Below are positions 28,051 to 40,899 of a DNA stretch of 64,000 nt, in pieces. The number at the start of each line of letters is the position of its first letter. Position 1 is the stretch's first letter. A model generated the notes under the pieces. The model was not told where the DNA came from. It made no database searches and was given only the letters and a program-made list of their open reading frames with translations. The translations under genes were made by a program, and so were the position numbers. Source of the DNA: Octopus vulgaris (taxonomy: Eukaryota). The stretch spans positions 87,978,001 through 88,042,000 of the forward strand of contig OX597816.1 of NCBI GenBank assembly GCA_951406725.2, given 5' to 3'.

Positions 28051-29157
28051 ATGTATGTGTGTATCTGCATGCATAAATGCATAGATACGTACTTAGACAC
28101 ATAAACTTTTGTATACACACACACACACGCGCACACACATGCATGGACACACACACACATACACAAACACTCGCACATGAAAATACACGCACGCACACGC
28201 ACACACATGCGCCTCTATTTATAGCAGTATATTATTTTAACATTACCACATCATAACTTGAATTTCATCTTTCGTTTATCAAGGAACGTGGGAAAAGTTA
28301 CATGATTGCATTTTAATATATTTAATCCTCATTATTTATTATTAAAATTACACTTACTATTTCAGTGGTTTTGTTTCATTCCAGTAAGTACTAAGTTTCA
28401 TTGTTTAATGGATAGGGGTGACTTTTTATTAATATCAATGTGTATGTATTTGTAAACGGTCATTAGATAATTATATGTAAATTTACTAAATTTATGCTTG
28501 TGGCTTTATAGAAAACCACGACTGAAAAAGAAATTGTATATACCCCTTGTGCAATATTTAAAAATATAGGAGGGACATAGTTAAAGGACAGCCACTCTGT
28601 AATACTTTTAATGTCTTTTTAAAACTATCGTGTTATTTCAGTATGATAATGGAGAAGTGTCCGTATCGTATCTAAATAAATAGCGGCGCTTGTGTGTACA
28701 TGAAAATTTATTGATATTAGCTGTTCAATATTTTAGTGTCGCGTTTTTATATGAGATGTTCCTCAATAATACATAAAACTACAGAGTGAATTTGATTATA
28801 TAATTGAATTGTAATTGATTGAGACTCACAGAAGCCACCTAATATTGAAGTGTAATTTTTTTAGCTTTCAAATACTAATCGTAAGTTGCAAAAGTATAAT
28901 TCTGTTGGAGGTATCTAAGTTTAAATAGATTTACTGCTAATCTGATGTAATACATGCGCTCTGCTTAACGTTAAATTACACTGTAGCTGAATCGGTAAAG
29001 ACGTTTTTGAGACAATTATCATTGATTGGACACAAGTTTTGTAATTGACAGACGGAATTGTAATTTTTTTTTGTCATTTGGGTTATGAGAATTGAGATAG
29101 TAATCATAATAATAATAATAATAATGATAATAATAATAATAATTATAATAATAATAA

Positions 29158-29400
29158 TGAAAACTAATGGTTGTGTCTGTAATAATTGGCGCATTGGGAA
29201 CTGTAAGTAAAGACACAGACAAATAGTTGAAGGAGATTGGAATAAAATGTCCCGTAGATCTTTTACAGAAAGTTTGCTTTTTAGAGATAGGAAAGATTAT
29301 CAGGACGGTCTTAAGTACTCGAAAGACTATTGAATGTTTGTGGATACTTAAGGTTACAGGTAGTAACCCGTTGCCCATATGTATTTCAACCAAGAATAAG
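29158..29400 (+). mobile_element. RLE LINE (R4/Dong-like) 3' fragment after (AAT)n
   Basis: VVSVIIGALGTVSKDTDK*LKEIGIKCPVDLLQKVCFLEIGKIIRTVLS. Confidence 0.8.
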
Positions 29401-29713
29401 AACGAAGCAACGACGTTTATTGTTCTTGTTTCTCTTTTCGTTTCTTAATGTTTTATTTCATTCGTTTTTTCTAATTGTTTGCTCATTGAATTGACTATAT
29501 AAATACGTGTGTCTATATATACTTATAAACAACACTTATTTTAGTGCTGTTGACACCGCCGGATTGAATGGTACTGCCCGAGTGTCGAAACCATAATGAT
29601 ATCCGTGGGACAACAGATGATGGAGGTATGTTGGGTTGTTGGTATTGCTGTTTTTTTATATGTGGAATAGTATTATAACACATCTGTTTAAGATACACAC
29701 ACACATATATATA

Positions 29714-29760
<47 letters not shown>

Positions 29761-30424
29761 GAAAGCAATTAGTTTTAAATCTCTGAGCGAGAAGTACATA
29801 GTAACATTACTACAGAGTAAAATACATTTGCCAACGTAAAGTGGCAGTCCTGAGTTGGACGATGTTACTACCCGTTTTATCTCCAGGAAATCATCGTTTC
29901 CTGCTGACTACTGACGCACAATTGCGTCCTTATACCTCGAACAAGGGAGCTAATATCTCCTGTCAGTCTTAAACTGTACCTGCGGGCCATCGTTTCTAGG
30001 TTATTTCTCTTCATCAGCACAGGATAACCGTTGGCTAGAGATGGCAGCACTAGGCCTTGTTCGAGGTATATGCTTTTAAAATGGAACACAGTCACTGATT
30101 TCGTAAAGAGACATTAGCTCCCTTGTTCGAGGTATAAGGACGCAACTGTGCGTCGGAAGCCAACTGGAAAAGATGTTTTCTTGGGGATGAAAAAAGTAGT
30201 AACATCGTCTTAATCAGGACTTCCACTTTACGTTAGCAAATAGATTTTACTCTGTAGTACTGTTACTTGTTGCTTCTCGCTCAAATATTTAAAACTAATT
30301 GCTTTCCTCTTTACGAGATCCGTGACTGTGTGTCGCTTTAAAAGTATATATCTCAAACAAAAAAAGGTAGCAATATCGTCCTAATCAGGACTGCCACTTC
30401 ACGTTGGCAAATAGATTTTACTCT
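29761..30424. mobile_element. Retrozyme/PLE-like 350-bp unit plus inverted permuted copy
   Basis: 29761-29959 is inverted at 30108-30306; 30057-30110 is inverted at 30307-30360; 30361-30424 repeats about 30192-30253. Confidence 0.75.
29979..30023 (-). ncRNA. Type I hammerhead ribozyme motif (two apparent substitutions)
   Basis: CCTGTG CTGATGA A GAG AAATAAC CTA GAAA C GATG GCC CGCAGG: helix I CCUGUG/CGCAGG, intact CUGAUGA and GAAA; GCC in place of GUC and one helix II mismatch. Confidence 0.65.
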
Positions 30425-30455
30425 CTCTCTCGCACTCTCCTAATATATATATATA

Positions 30456-30967
30456 TCTATATATATAAAACTGTAGTTGTGTGAGTGTCTGTCCCCTTCG
30501 ATTTAGATTCCTAACTACTCCCACATTTTGCGGTGCAGTTTAACCAAATTCGGGTATCTTTTAGTCGCGATTCATATCGAGCCCGTCTGAGTATTAGCGC
30601 GGGTCTACGATGAGTCTACGATTTTAAAAGTAATTTAACATCATTTTTTATTCCATTTTAATGCATAATTTTTCGTGTGTCGATGGCGGTGGAGTTGGCG
30701 TCCATGGTCACACCTGCACCTGTTTGCTTCTCCCCTTCTTCCCTCCCTCGTGAAGCTGTGGGGAAGGGAGTGTAAGGAAATCAACGTCGTAAAGCGTTGT
30801 CAAGGAGACCAGCGTTCTTTTAGAACAACGACTTCATGGCTTGAAGACACCAAAACAGAAATGGCTAAGAAAGCCCGAATTGGCATCTATAAGGGAAGTA
30901 ACTCTCTAAAAATGCTTATATAGTTATTTCCCTTACAAACCCGAGCAACGCCGGGCGATACTGCTAT
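30456..30967 (+). mobile_element. Non-autonomous Helitron
   Basis: A|TCTATATATATAAAA start; 3' hairpin cccgagcaacgccggg then CTAT (for CTAG)|T; no TIR or TSD. Confidence 0.85.
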
Positions 30968-31575
30968 TATTTATATATATATATATATTTCGAGCGTAAT
31001 GTATTAACGTACCAATGCGATATAACAAATCTATTAGATACGCGTGTATTCATTTAAATATCAATTTTATATATTGACAAAATTTTGACTAAACAATGCA
31101 AGTAGTAGAAGGAAACAGACATATGCATGCGCAAGCGTATTTGTGCATGTAGGCATGTATGAAACAATATCGACCGTTACTGATAATACATCGTAAGCCT
31201 AAATTTCATACTTAAGCTCACCAAGAAACCATCGGTTTCGATGTAGTGCCTCGCAAGATGAGTTTCGAGTCCAACGAATGCTTTTCCATATTTTCCATCT
31301 AATTTTTTTTTGTTTTACTCTAATCTACTGTATTATAAATAGTTTATAGCCGCATAAACATTTGAAATACATTGTAAAACTGTAAAATTTATTTGGCTAA
31401 ATCCATGTGACTGAATCCATGTGCACGTTATATTGAGTTTAAAACAACAATATGAAGTCGAAAGTATTGTTTTCAATCGTACGTTTGCTATCTAAAGAAG
31501 TATAGTACCTGAACTTCGAGTGATGGCGTCAAATACCTTCGGTCAAATAAATTATGCATACATATATACATGCAT

Positions 31576-31619
<44 letters not shown>

Positions 31620-31773
31620 AACTGTCTCACGCTCCCTCCCTCACTATCTATCTATCTCTTTACCTATCTATCTATCCCCCCTCTCCTTCTGCCTCTCTCT
31701 CACACATTCTCTTTCTGCATACAAATATATATATAGACATATATACAAATATATGTATTCACTTTCACTTTCA

Positions 31774-32162
31774 CTTTTACTTGTTTCAGTCATTTGACAG
31801 CGGCCATGCTGGAGCACCGTCTTTAATCGAGCAACTCGACCCCGGGACTTATTCTTTGTAAGCCCAGTACTTATTCTATCGGTCTCTTTTTTGCCGAACC
31901 ACTAAGTGACGGGGACGTAAACACACCAGCATCGGTTGTCAAGTGATGCTAGGGGGACAAACACAGACACACAAACACACACACATATATATATATATAC
32001 GTCAGGCTTCTTTCAGTTTCCGTCTACCAAATCCACTCACAAGGCATTGGTCGGCCCGGGGCTATAGCAGAAGACACTTGCCCAAGATGCCACGCAGTGG
32101 GACTGAACCCGGAGCCATGTGGTTGGTTAGCAAGCTACTTACCACACAGCCATTCCTGCGCC
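31774..32162 (-). mobile_element. SINE family B, full length
   Basis: Head ggcgcaggaatggctgtgtggtaag...gggttcagtccc, ttgggcaagtgtcttc, internal (TG)n, tail gactgaaacaagtaaaag. Confidence 0.92.
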
Positions 32163-32238
32163 TATATATATATATATACACTTAGAAATATATGTATATA
32201 TCTACATACAAATATATATATATACATGTACATATGTT

Positions 32239-32297
<59 letters not shown>

Positions 32298-32352
32298 ATG
32301 TATATATAGATATATAAACATATGTATATATATATGAGCATATCCTTTTATT

Positions 32353-32557
32353 CTTTTACTTCCTTCAGTCATTTGACTGCGGCTATGCTGGAGCACCGCC
32401 TTTAGTCGAGCAAGTCGACACCAGAATTTATTCTTTCTAAGCCTAGTATTTATCCTATCGGTGTCTTTTGACGAACCGCTAAGTTACGGGGACGTAAATA
32501 AACCAGCATCGGTTGCCAAGCGATGTTGGAAGGGACAAACACAGACACACAAACGTA

Positions 32558-32622
<65 letters not shown>

Positions 32623-32798
32623 AAACACACACACATATACACGACGGGCTTCTTTCAGATCCGTCTACCAAATCCACTCACTGGGCTTTGGTCAGCCCGA
32701 GGCTATAGTAGAAGACACTTGCCCTAGGTGCCACGCAGTTTGACTGAACCCGGAACCACGTGGCTGGTAAGCTATTTACCCCACAGCCACTCCAGCGC
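32353..32798 (-). mobile_element. SINE family B, full length
   Basis: Colinear with 31774-32162. Confidence 0.9.
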
Positions 32799-33701
32799 GT
32801 ATATATTATATGCATACATTTGCGGGTATGTGTTAGTATGGATGATGTCTGTAAGCGTATATGTGCATAAACCTGCATACATACATCTATCCATACATGC
32901 ATGCATACATGCATACATACATACATACATACATACATACATACATACATACATACATACACACACATACCTACATACATATATGGACATACGTATTTGT
33001 GTATATGTGTATATATATATATGTATATATATGTATATATATATACATGCTCATCGATATATACGCTTATGTACACGCAGACGTTAAACAACAACAACAT
33101 CATCATCATCAACAACAATAACAACAACAAGAGCAATCTTCACTGCTGATACAACAGTATCGATACGGTTCCTCATCTGACATATTACTGCTCTCCCAAA
33201 ACAGATGTCAGAATCCCTGACGTCAGTAGATTAAGGTAAAGGTTAACAAGATGACCCTCTGGCACCAGAAGTTTACGATTTCTGACAAGGTATACTCCCC
33301 CATACCCTCCCTCTTGCACTTTCTGTCATTTTTCTTTGTTTCTTTCCTTCTTTCTTTCTTTCTCTCTCATTCTCATTCTGCTCCTCCTCTATACAGATGC
33401 ACAGACTTCTGATATACAAGCGTATACGCACACGTAACAAAAATATTTAGAGATGGATATTTTTGTGCATATATGTCTTTGAATATGCTTATAAGTATGC
33501 ACATACATACGTATATACATATACACGCGCATACATACAAACACACACACATATGATCTGAAACACAGACGTTTATAATAATAATGTATGTTGTTGAATA
33601 CGTGTATGTAAGGATGCGTGATTGCTTGAATATTATGAGTAAGTATGCGCACTTATACTTTTGCAGCTCTCTATATGCATGCACTACTCATAATCCACTT
33701 T

Positions 33702-33834
<133 letters not shown>

Positions 33835-33854
33835 ACACACACATACATATATAC

Positions 33855-33902
<48 letters not shown>

Positions 33903-34099
33903 TGATCATAGAACAAACAACAAATTCGAATCAATGACTTTATGTATAGCTCCATATCTCAAACATTTGATCATATATAAATATTACCATGGTTCTTAAA
34001 CATATAAAAATATACATATATAAAAAACACAGAAGGTAAAAATATATATGCGAATAAAATACAAATATATAGAACGGCCTATCTAAAAGGTAAATACAA

Positions 34100-35198
34100 C
34101 TGACTAAAAATTCAACGAATGTGATTGGCAGAGGGCTGATTCCACCAATTTCTTCGATATTACTATGGGGACATCTGATTCAGCACAGGTGACTGATTTG
34201 GTGGGCCTATACCTCCTTTCGCAGATTAAGGATAGCAAGTAAAAAGAAAATATTTTACTCAGACCCTAGTAGGTCAGAGCTGTCGACGTCTGAAGAAGAA
34301 CGATTAAGAACAGTCGAAGTCATGCATAAGGAACTGGAAATTAGGAATAGGAAGTTTGCAGACGTCGCCAGAGAGTCGGAGGATAATGTCGAAATTGAAA
34401 TAGGAAAGTATAAAAATCTTCTCAGTCGGGATGGCTACAAAGACCAAGTAACACCCGGCCCCGCAAGAAACAACGAACAAAATGAAAGGAAGAACGGTGA
34501 CATATAAAACTTACTCAATTAAGGTAGGAAAAATGGATCATATGACAATAGAGCAAGTGGAGAAGGCACTGAGGCCAATCTGGCAAGAGATAGTATATCT
34601 TGCTACAGGGCCGATATATGGAGAGGTAGAAGTCACATTTAAAAATGAAAACACAGCTAAAAAACACTCGGCGACACCATTAAGGAACGAGGAGGTAATA
34701 ATTCTACCCACGTACCTGGGACAGAGAACGTCTCGAGTAAGGGTAGAAGGAATTCCACCAGAGATAAATGTTGCCTGGATAGTAGCCGCTGTCGTGGTTG
34801 GTACCGAGGACAAGATAGCGGTGCTCCAGGCCACAAAAACGAAGTGTTAACTGGAGAGGCCAAGCGTTGAACATGATTATTCAAGGTTCAAAAAGAGACG
34901 ATAGAAGACATGGTTGAGACGGTAACAGTAAACGAAACAATAATGAATGTAAGGGTGGAGGGCAGAATCCCTCGCTGTTTTAAATGTGGCCTGAAGGGCC
35001 ACATAAGAGCGAAATGCCCCCCACCGATCAAAGAAGCTGAGAAAACGTAAGAAGAATTTCTCCAGGAGAAGCCCCAGGAAGTACAAGAAGAAGAAAGAAT
35101 GGTACCAGTGGAGGCAGAAAAAGAAAAGGCAGAGGAAGAGTGGGAAACCACGGGAAAAAGGAAAGAAGGAAGAGAAAAAGTCCAACGCATACAGAATC
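34100..35198 (+). mobile_element. ORF1/gag-like retroelement copy 1, 5' part (RRM-like + CCHC knuckle), pseudogenised
   Basis: YGEVEVTF...LPTYLGQRTSRVRVEGIPP...W then PRCFKCGLKGHIRAKC (CX2CX4HX4C); frameshifts and a stop; 5' boundary approximate. Confidence 0.8.
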
Positions 35199-35446
35199 TT
35201 TTCCAGTTACTGCAGCATAGCTACCGACTGGACCTGGTTGGCTCTCCATTATTTCGTTTGTAACAACTTCACCATAGTAACCTTTTCCAGTTACTGCAGC
35301 ATAGCTACCGACTGGACCTGGTTGGCTCTCCATTATTTCGTTTGTAACAACTTCACCCACAAATAGGGAAGAAAACAATTAGGCGAAATAACAGTTAACA
35401 ATTCGATAATGCAACAATTCAACAATTCAATAATTAACATTAGTAC
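35198..35446 (-). mobile_element. 5' UTR and first codons (MESQPGPVGSYAAVTGK) of an ORF1 element, with a 76-bp tandem duplication
   Basis: 35198-35273 equals 35282-35357; SYAAV-type motif is typical of L1/Tx1 ORF1 N-termini. Confidence 0.6.
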
Positions 35447-36478
35447 GGTGTTACTTTATTACCCATAAAGGGCCAACAAAGAGGGACAATACAGCACATT
35501 TGGGGACATATAACAAATAAAAAAAAATAAAACTTATGATATAAGGAAAATTGAAAATGAGAAATGAAAATGGTGTTACTTGCCCCACCAAGTAACATCA
35601 CTTACTTTCTTTTCCTCCGTTTTCCAGTTCTTTATATTCTATAGACATTGGTAATTTCCTATGCCGTAGTCTACTTTCCACAGCTCACATTTTCCTTAGT
35701 ACCCTTTTATTTCATTCATTTGTTGTTCTGTTATTAATAAACACGTATGTTCTCCGCCAATACTCTCCTCATCTACTCTACCAACATATACTGTGTTTCC
35801 CCATTCAGTCACCCTTTCAATCAGTTCATCTTCCACGTCCTCATACAGTACATACGCAAAACAAACAGCGGGAGGGGAAGTTTGTGAATTATTGTGTAAG
35901 TGTTCTTTCTTGTTTATATGTTGGAGGGGAGTGGGAAGGCTTAGTGTCTGCAGGGAGAGGGTGGGACAAAGTGGATATGGGTGGGCATTGGGTAGTTGTA
36001 GGGAGGGATTCTGTATGCGTTGGACTTTTTCTCTTCCTTCTTTCCTTTTTCCCGTGGTTTCCCACTCTTCCTCTGCCTTTTCTTTTTCTGCCTCCACTGG
36101 TACCATTCTTTCTTCTTCTTGTACTTCCTGGGGCTTCTCCTGGAGAAATTCTTCTTACGTTTTCTCAGCTTCTTTGATCGGTGGAGGGCATTTCGCTCTT
36201 ATGTGGCCCTTCAGGCCACATTTAAAACAGCGAGGGATTCTGCCCTCCACCCTTACATTCATTATTGTTTCGTTTACTGTTACCGTCTCAACCATGTCTT
36301 CTATCGTCTCTTTTTGAACCTTGAATAATCATGTTCAACGCTTGGCCTCTCCAGTTAACACTTCGTTTTTGTGGCCTGGAGCACCGCTATCTTGTCCTCG
36401 GTACCAACCACGACAGCGGCTACTATCCAGGCAACATTTATCTCTGGTGGAATTCCTTCTACCCTTACCCGAGACGTT
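35447..36478 (-). mobile_element. ORF1 element copy 1, 3' part (inverted): knuckle, charged linker, C-terminal domain, 3' UTR and tail
   Basis: 36007-36478 is the reverse complement of 34727-35198; ORF 35696-36106 continues the frame; ends ttgttggccctttatgggtaataaag. Confidence 0.85.
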
Positions 36479-37690
36479 GACTGCTGATATATTACAAATG
36501 AGAGAAATAAAACTAGACGAGAAGAAACTGAAAAGATTTAACGAACTTATAGTAAAGGAAGGTGACAGCCTGAGGTTGACCCCGCCGAAAGAAGTGACAG
36601 AAAATACAACTAAAATGACAGTAATTTATAGAACGCTGTCCACAGCAACCAAAATGATCGAAATAGCTACAGCAGAAGCAGTAGAAGAATGTCTAAAGGC
36701 CATTAAAAGCCTCACGACATTCTATGCTAGAAGCAAGAAATACGGCACAGTGGAGGTTTTTTTCGCGAGCGAACAAAGAAGCGATAAAGTACTCCACTGT
36801 GCCGTTGAGGTTGTCTGAGAGGGTGACACTGCCAACCAACTGTGGCAAACGTGCGGCCAGAATTAGAATTGGCAGAGTGACCCCAGAGATTGACGAGGCG
36901 TGGCTGGTGGCAACCATCCTCTACAACACGGAGGAAGAAACGAAAATTCTGAAAGTCAGAAGAACAACGGAGATAAACTGATGGGGACACGTCCTCGAGG
37001 TGACGGTCCAAATGAGTTTACCGGATCTACATAAAATTGTAGAGGAGGTTGTGTAGCCCGAGGAGATGAAACTAAGAGTGGTAGTGGAGGAGCAAAGGCC
37101 AGTAGACGAAAAGAAAATAGAAAATGTGGAAGAAAAGTGTATGGTAGGGAAGAGAAAGAAGAAAAGAGAGGGAAACGTGGACTCACCACCTAAGAGTCCG
37201 CTGAAAAAGAGAGAGGAAAACGTAGAGGAGACTCAGGGTGTGATATCAGCTATACCAATAGAGGAGAAAGTGAATGTGCAGAAAAGAAAGGAAGAAAGAA
37301 GGGAGATGCCAACAACATCAAGTGGGAAAGATACAGAGAAAATCAGACACCGATACCAGTAATTAGCACGGAGGAGAAAGTGAAGGTGCAGAAAAGAAAG
37401 GAAGAGAGATGCCAACAACATTGGGTGAGAGAGATGCAGAGAAGAAAGAGATGGCGATACCAGTAACATCAGAAGAGAATAATAATGGAAAACAGGAAGA
37501 AGTGCAGTAAGGGAAACACTTACGGACTATGATAGAGTATAAAAGAAGTGTAGACATTGAGAAAAAAATCACTAAGATGAAACATGTAATTAGGATTAAA
37601 TTAGCGGCGAATGTTTGTAACGAAGGCTGTAGAGCAGTCTTGCTTGAGAAAGAGAAAGGAGAGAAGTTGAAGGAAATGTTTGGAGAGAAT
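36479..37690 (+). mobile_element. ORF1 element copy 2 (divergent paralogue), pseudogenised
   Basis: YGTVEVFF...LPTNCGKRAARIRIGRVTPEIDEAWL aligns with copy 1; knuckle absent; ~110-bp internal tandem repeat at 37261-37466. Confidence 0.75.
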
Positions 37691-37735
37691 ATAAAAAGAT
37701 GGGCTACAGCAAATATTCTACTCAATACCACAGAT

Positions 37736-38105
37736 TTGTTTGTCAGTTGTTTGACCTTAACCATTTGAGCATGTCCCTTAGTGGCTGAAGATATACCATC
37801 TCCGATCACGAGCAGAAGTAGTTGGGAGCATGATAGCCATGTGTTAAAAATAATTATTTAGGGTTTGAATAATTCACTCCTGGAAACATGGGTGTTTCGT
37901 TTAACATCCTTAAACAACCCTTATTCAGGGACCTTTTGAGCGGGATGGGCTTCTCCATCTGAAGAAAATTCTAACTGGGCCCCGCCTGCAAGATCACCAT
38001 GTCGCGCACATATGGTTGTGATGCATGTGCCTGATACATCCTTATCAAACAGGTAATCAGGATAGGCTTCGCATCATTTTGATGGCAGGCACTGCTCCCT
38101 CACTC
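37736..38105 (+). mobile_element. Retroposon family D (probable LINE 3' UTR or SINE) ending in (AAT)n
   Basis: Homologous to 51866-52285; both end ctcactc(aat)n. Confidence 0.75.
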
Positions 38106-38154
38106 AATAATAATAATAATAATAATGATAATAATAATAATAATAATAATGATA

Positions 38155-38215
<61 letters not shown>

Positions 38216-38225
38216 CAACAATAAT

Positions 38226-38280
<55 letters not shown>

Positions 38281-38286
38281 TTGATA

Positions 38287-38338
<52 letters not shown>

Positions 38339-38345
38339 CAACAAT

Positions 38346-38441
<96 letters not shown>
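38106..38441. repeat. (AAT)n / (AAAT)n microsatellite
   Basis: Direct inspection. Confidence 0.95.
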
Positions 38442-39472
38442 ATCAGCCTCATCATCATAACCATCATCATCATTCTTCTTCTTCCAGTTTTAGATGGCTT
38501 GATAACGAGATTAAGTGGCGAAGCTTCGGAAAAACCTAGCATACTCGAATAATCCTGCAGATTGATTGGATTCGCCACGTACAGATCAATCAATCAATAA
38601 ATAATCAATTAATCAAGCCGTCAATCGATCAACCAGTTTAATCAATCAATCACTCAATTATTCTCCAGTTTGAAGAAATTCATCATTTTTATGAATGGCG
38701 TTTAGTCATCTTGTCACATGTCTAAATGTATCTATGACTACTGCCACAAATTTGAACCCTTAAATGTTTGAAAAGTACTTACAAGTTTAGCAAGCATTAT
38801 TCGCTGACTTTCACTTTCTCGTTTATTTTGGATCTGACATTTATATTCGTTATTCAACCAACTTCGAACTTCTTTCTTTTATTTTTCTTTCTTATTTCTT
38901 CCATTAAAACATTGTCCAATGCATTGTACTTCCGTCTTTATCATATGTTTATTTTAGACATTTCATCAATATTTTATACTTTATTTAGAAGTTGCCGGAA
39001 TACCAGAGACTGTAGGTTACCGTGCTAGATGTCTTTGACGTTAATCCATCAACAGTTGATAAAATAAGTACAAGGTATGCGCTGGTGTTGATGCAATTGA
39101 TTATACATCCAGCTCTTTCGCATATTTTATTAGTTTTTCTCGTTTTGCTTTGTGCCATTGCAATAAATCAATATTATTTTCTATTTAATACCTTTATATA
39201 TATATATATATATAAATGTATGTGCGTCCGTATGTGTGTGTATGATGTATATATATATGTATGTACAAGCATGCATGCATAGTGACACACATATGATTCC
39301 GTGTAAACTCTAAATCGTACATAATAATATCTTTGACAAATTATATTCTGTAATGTTCCCGTTGTAGCTATAATACCATGTTTCACGAAGAACTAAGTAA
39401 TTGATATTTTGCCTGCAGCTACAGATGTTATAATTCACGTCTTACATACAAAAAAACACAGAAATGCTTACG

Positions 39473-39543
<71 letters not shown>

Positions 39544-39986
39544 ACACACACACACGCACACACACACACACTTAAAGCTAATGAGTGTTTTTTGTGACTA
39601 TTGTCTTGCTGCCGGATTATAATAGGTATCCTTTCAAAGGATGCACTGAGTCCAGAGAAATCCAACCTGAATTACGTTTTTCTTAAATGTAACCAATATT
39701 GTATATGTTAGCGGGATCGTAGAATAGCCGAATGATTAAGAAAATCGCTTTACAACCACTAAATACCGGGATCGATCCCAAAGTGCGTCGTCTGCGGCCT
39801 GTGCCTTTTTATCACAGCCCCGGTTTCACCTAATCTTTGTGAGTGAAACTGAGGAGAAATTGTGCAGAGGCACGCTGGATACATGGAACATGTAACTCAA
39901 ATGTTAAATCAGCCTTGTCACACACTGTGCCAGGCTGATACTGCTCGAGATTTACATTATGGTTACACGTGTCTGTGGAATACATA

Positions 39987-40899
39987 CGCGGGGTACCCTA
40001 AAGTAACCGGAAACGTTCACTGTGGGGCAAGCCAGTCGTAGTTCAGACTTCCGCTGCTACAAGCCACTTGATGCAACCCTCAGACATCAGTCCACTGACT
40101 GGCGATGTCGAGCGGGGTCGTACTGCCACGTGGTAAGTCATTGTTTTGCAATGCTCTTCCATGTTCGTCGATTTTTGCGATGGCTGAAACGAAAGAAACA
40201 GCGTGCTTCCGTGAAAGTCTGTTTTCTGCTGTGGAAAAAGGCGGCCGAAACACTTGTTTTTTCATGCTTCAAACAGATTACAAGGACTCTGCCATGAGCT
40301 AAACACAAGTTTACGAGTGGTTCCTCATGCTTTAGAAATGGTCACTCGTTGCTTGAAGGCTAACCTCGTTCAGGGCGACCGTATCCTGAAGCTCCTGCTA
40401 ACAAATTTCCAGCGAGGAATTGCGAATGAGAAGTGTTGCAGCAAATTCTGTGCATCACTGGCTTACGGAAGATCAAAAGCAGTCACGACTGAATGCGGGT
40501 CGTGAACTAAAAGAACAGTTGGAAGTTGGTCCTGGTGATAAAAGCTGCTGCTGCGGCTACAACCCGGAAACGAAGCAGCAATCAAGTCAGTGGAAGCATC
40601 AAAAGGAAGTCCAATATCAAGACGATACTGATTTGCTTCATCGATGCGAAATGAACGAAAAAAACTCCTTAAAGGAAAACGTTTTGTAGATGTGGAAGAG
40701 GTGAAGAAAAAATGATGGAGGCATTAAATGGCATCACTTGGCAAGAGTTTCAGGACTGCTTCGAACAATGAAAAGCGCGTCTGAACTGATGAGTTGCTTC
40801 AAACAGAGAATACCTTGATGGCGATAAAGGTTTAAACATGTAAAACTTAGTGAATAAATTAATATTGCAAAATTCCAGTTTCTTTTGTGTAGCCCCTCG
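39987..40899 (+). mobile_element. Internally deleted, decayed mariner inserted in an old SINE
   Basis: Degenerate TIRs cgcggggtaccctaaagtaaccggaa / ttccagtttcttttgtgtagcccctcg; peptides TQVYEW, LTEDQK, GYNPETKQQSSQW, LKGKRFVDVEEVK. Confidence 0.85.

Noticed and set aside
33140-33295. Possible exon or CRE site (tgacgtca)
   Set aside because: Single motif and a very short ORF; unsupported.
34482-35198. Host zinc-knuckle gene or LTR-retrotransposon gag
   Set aside because: Intronless, disrupted, multi-copy, with a retroposon-type tail and no LTR, PBS or protease.
35198-35357. Direct repeats resembling a CRISPR array
   Set aside because: Only two 76-bp copies with an 8-bp gap, eukaryotic context, no cas genes.
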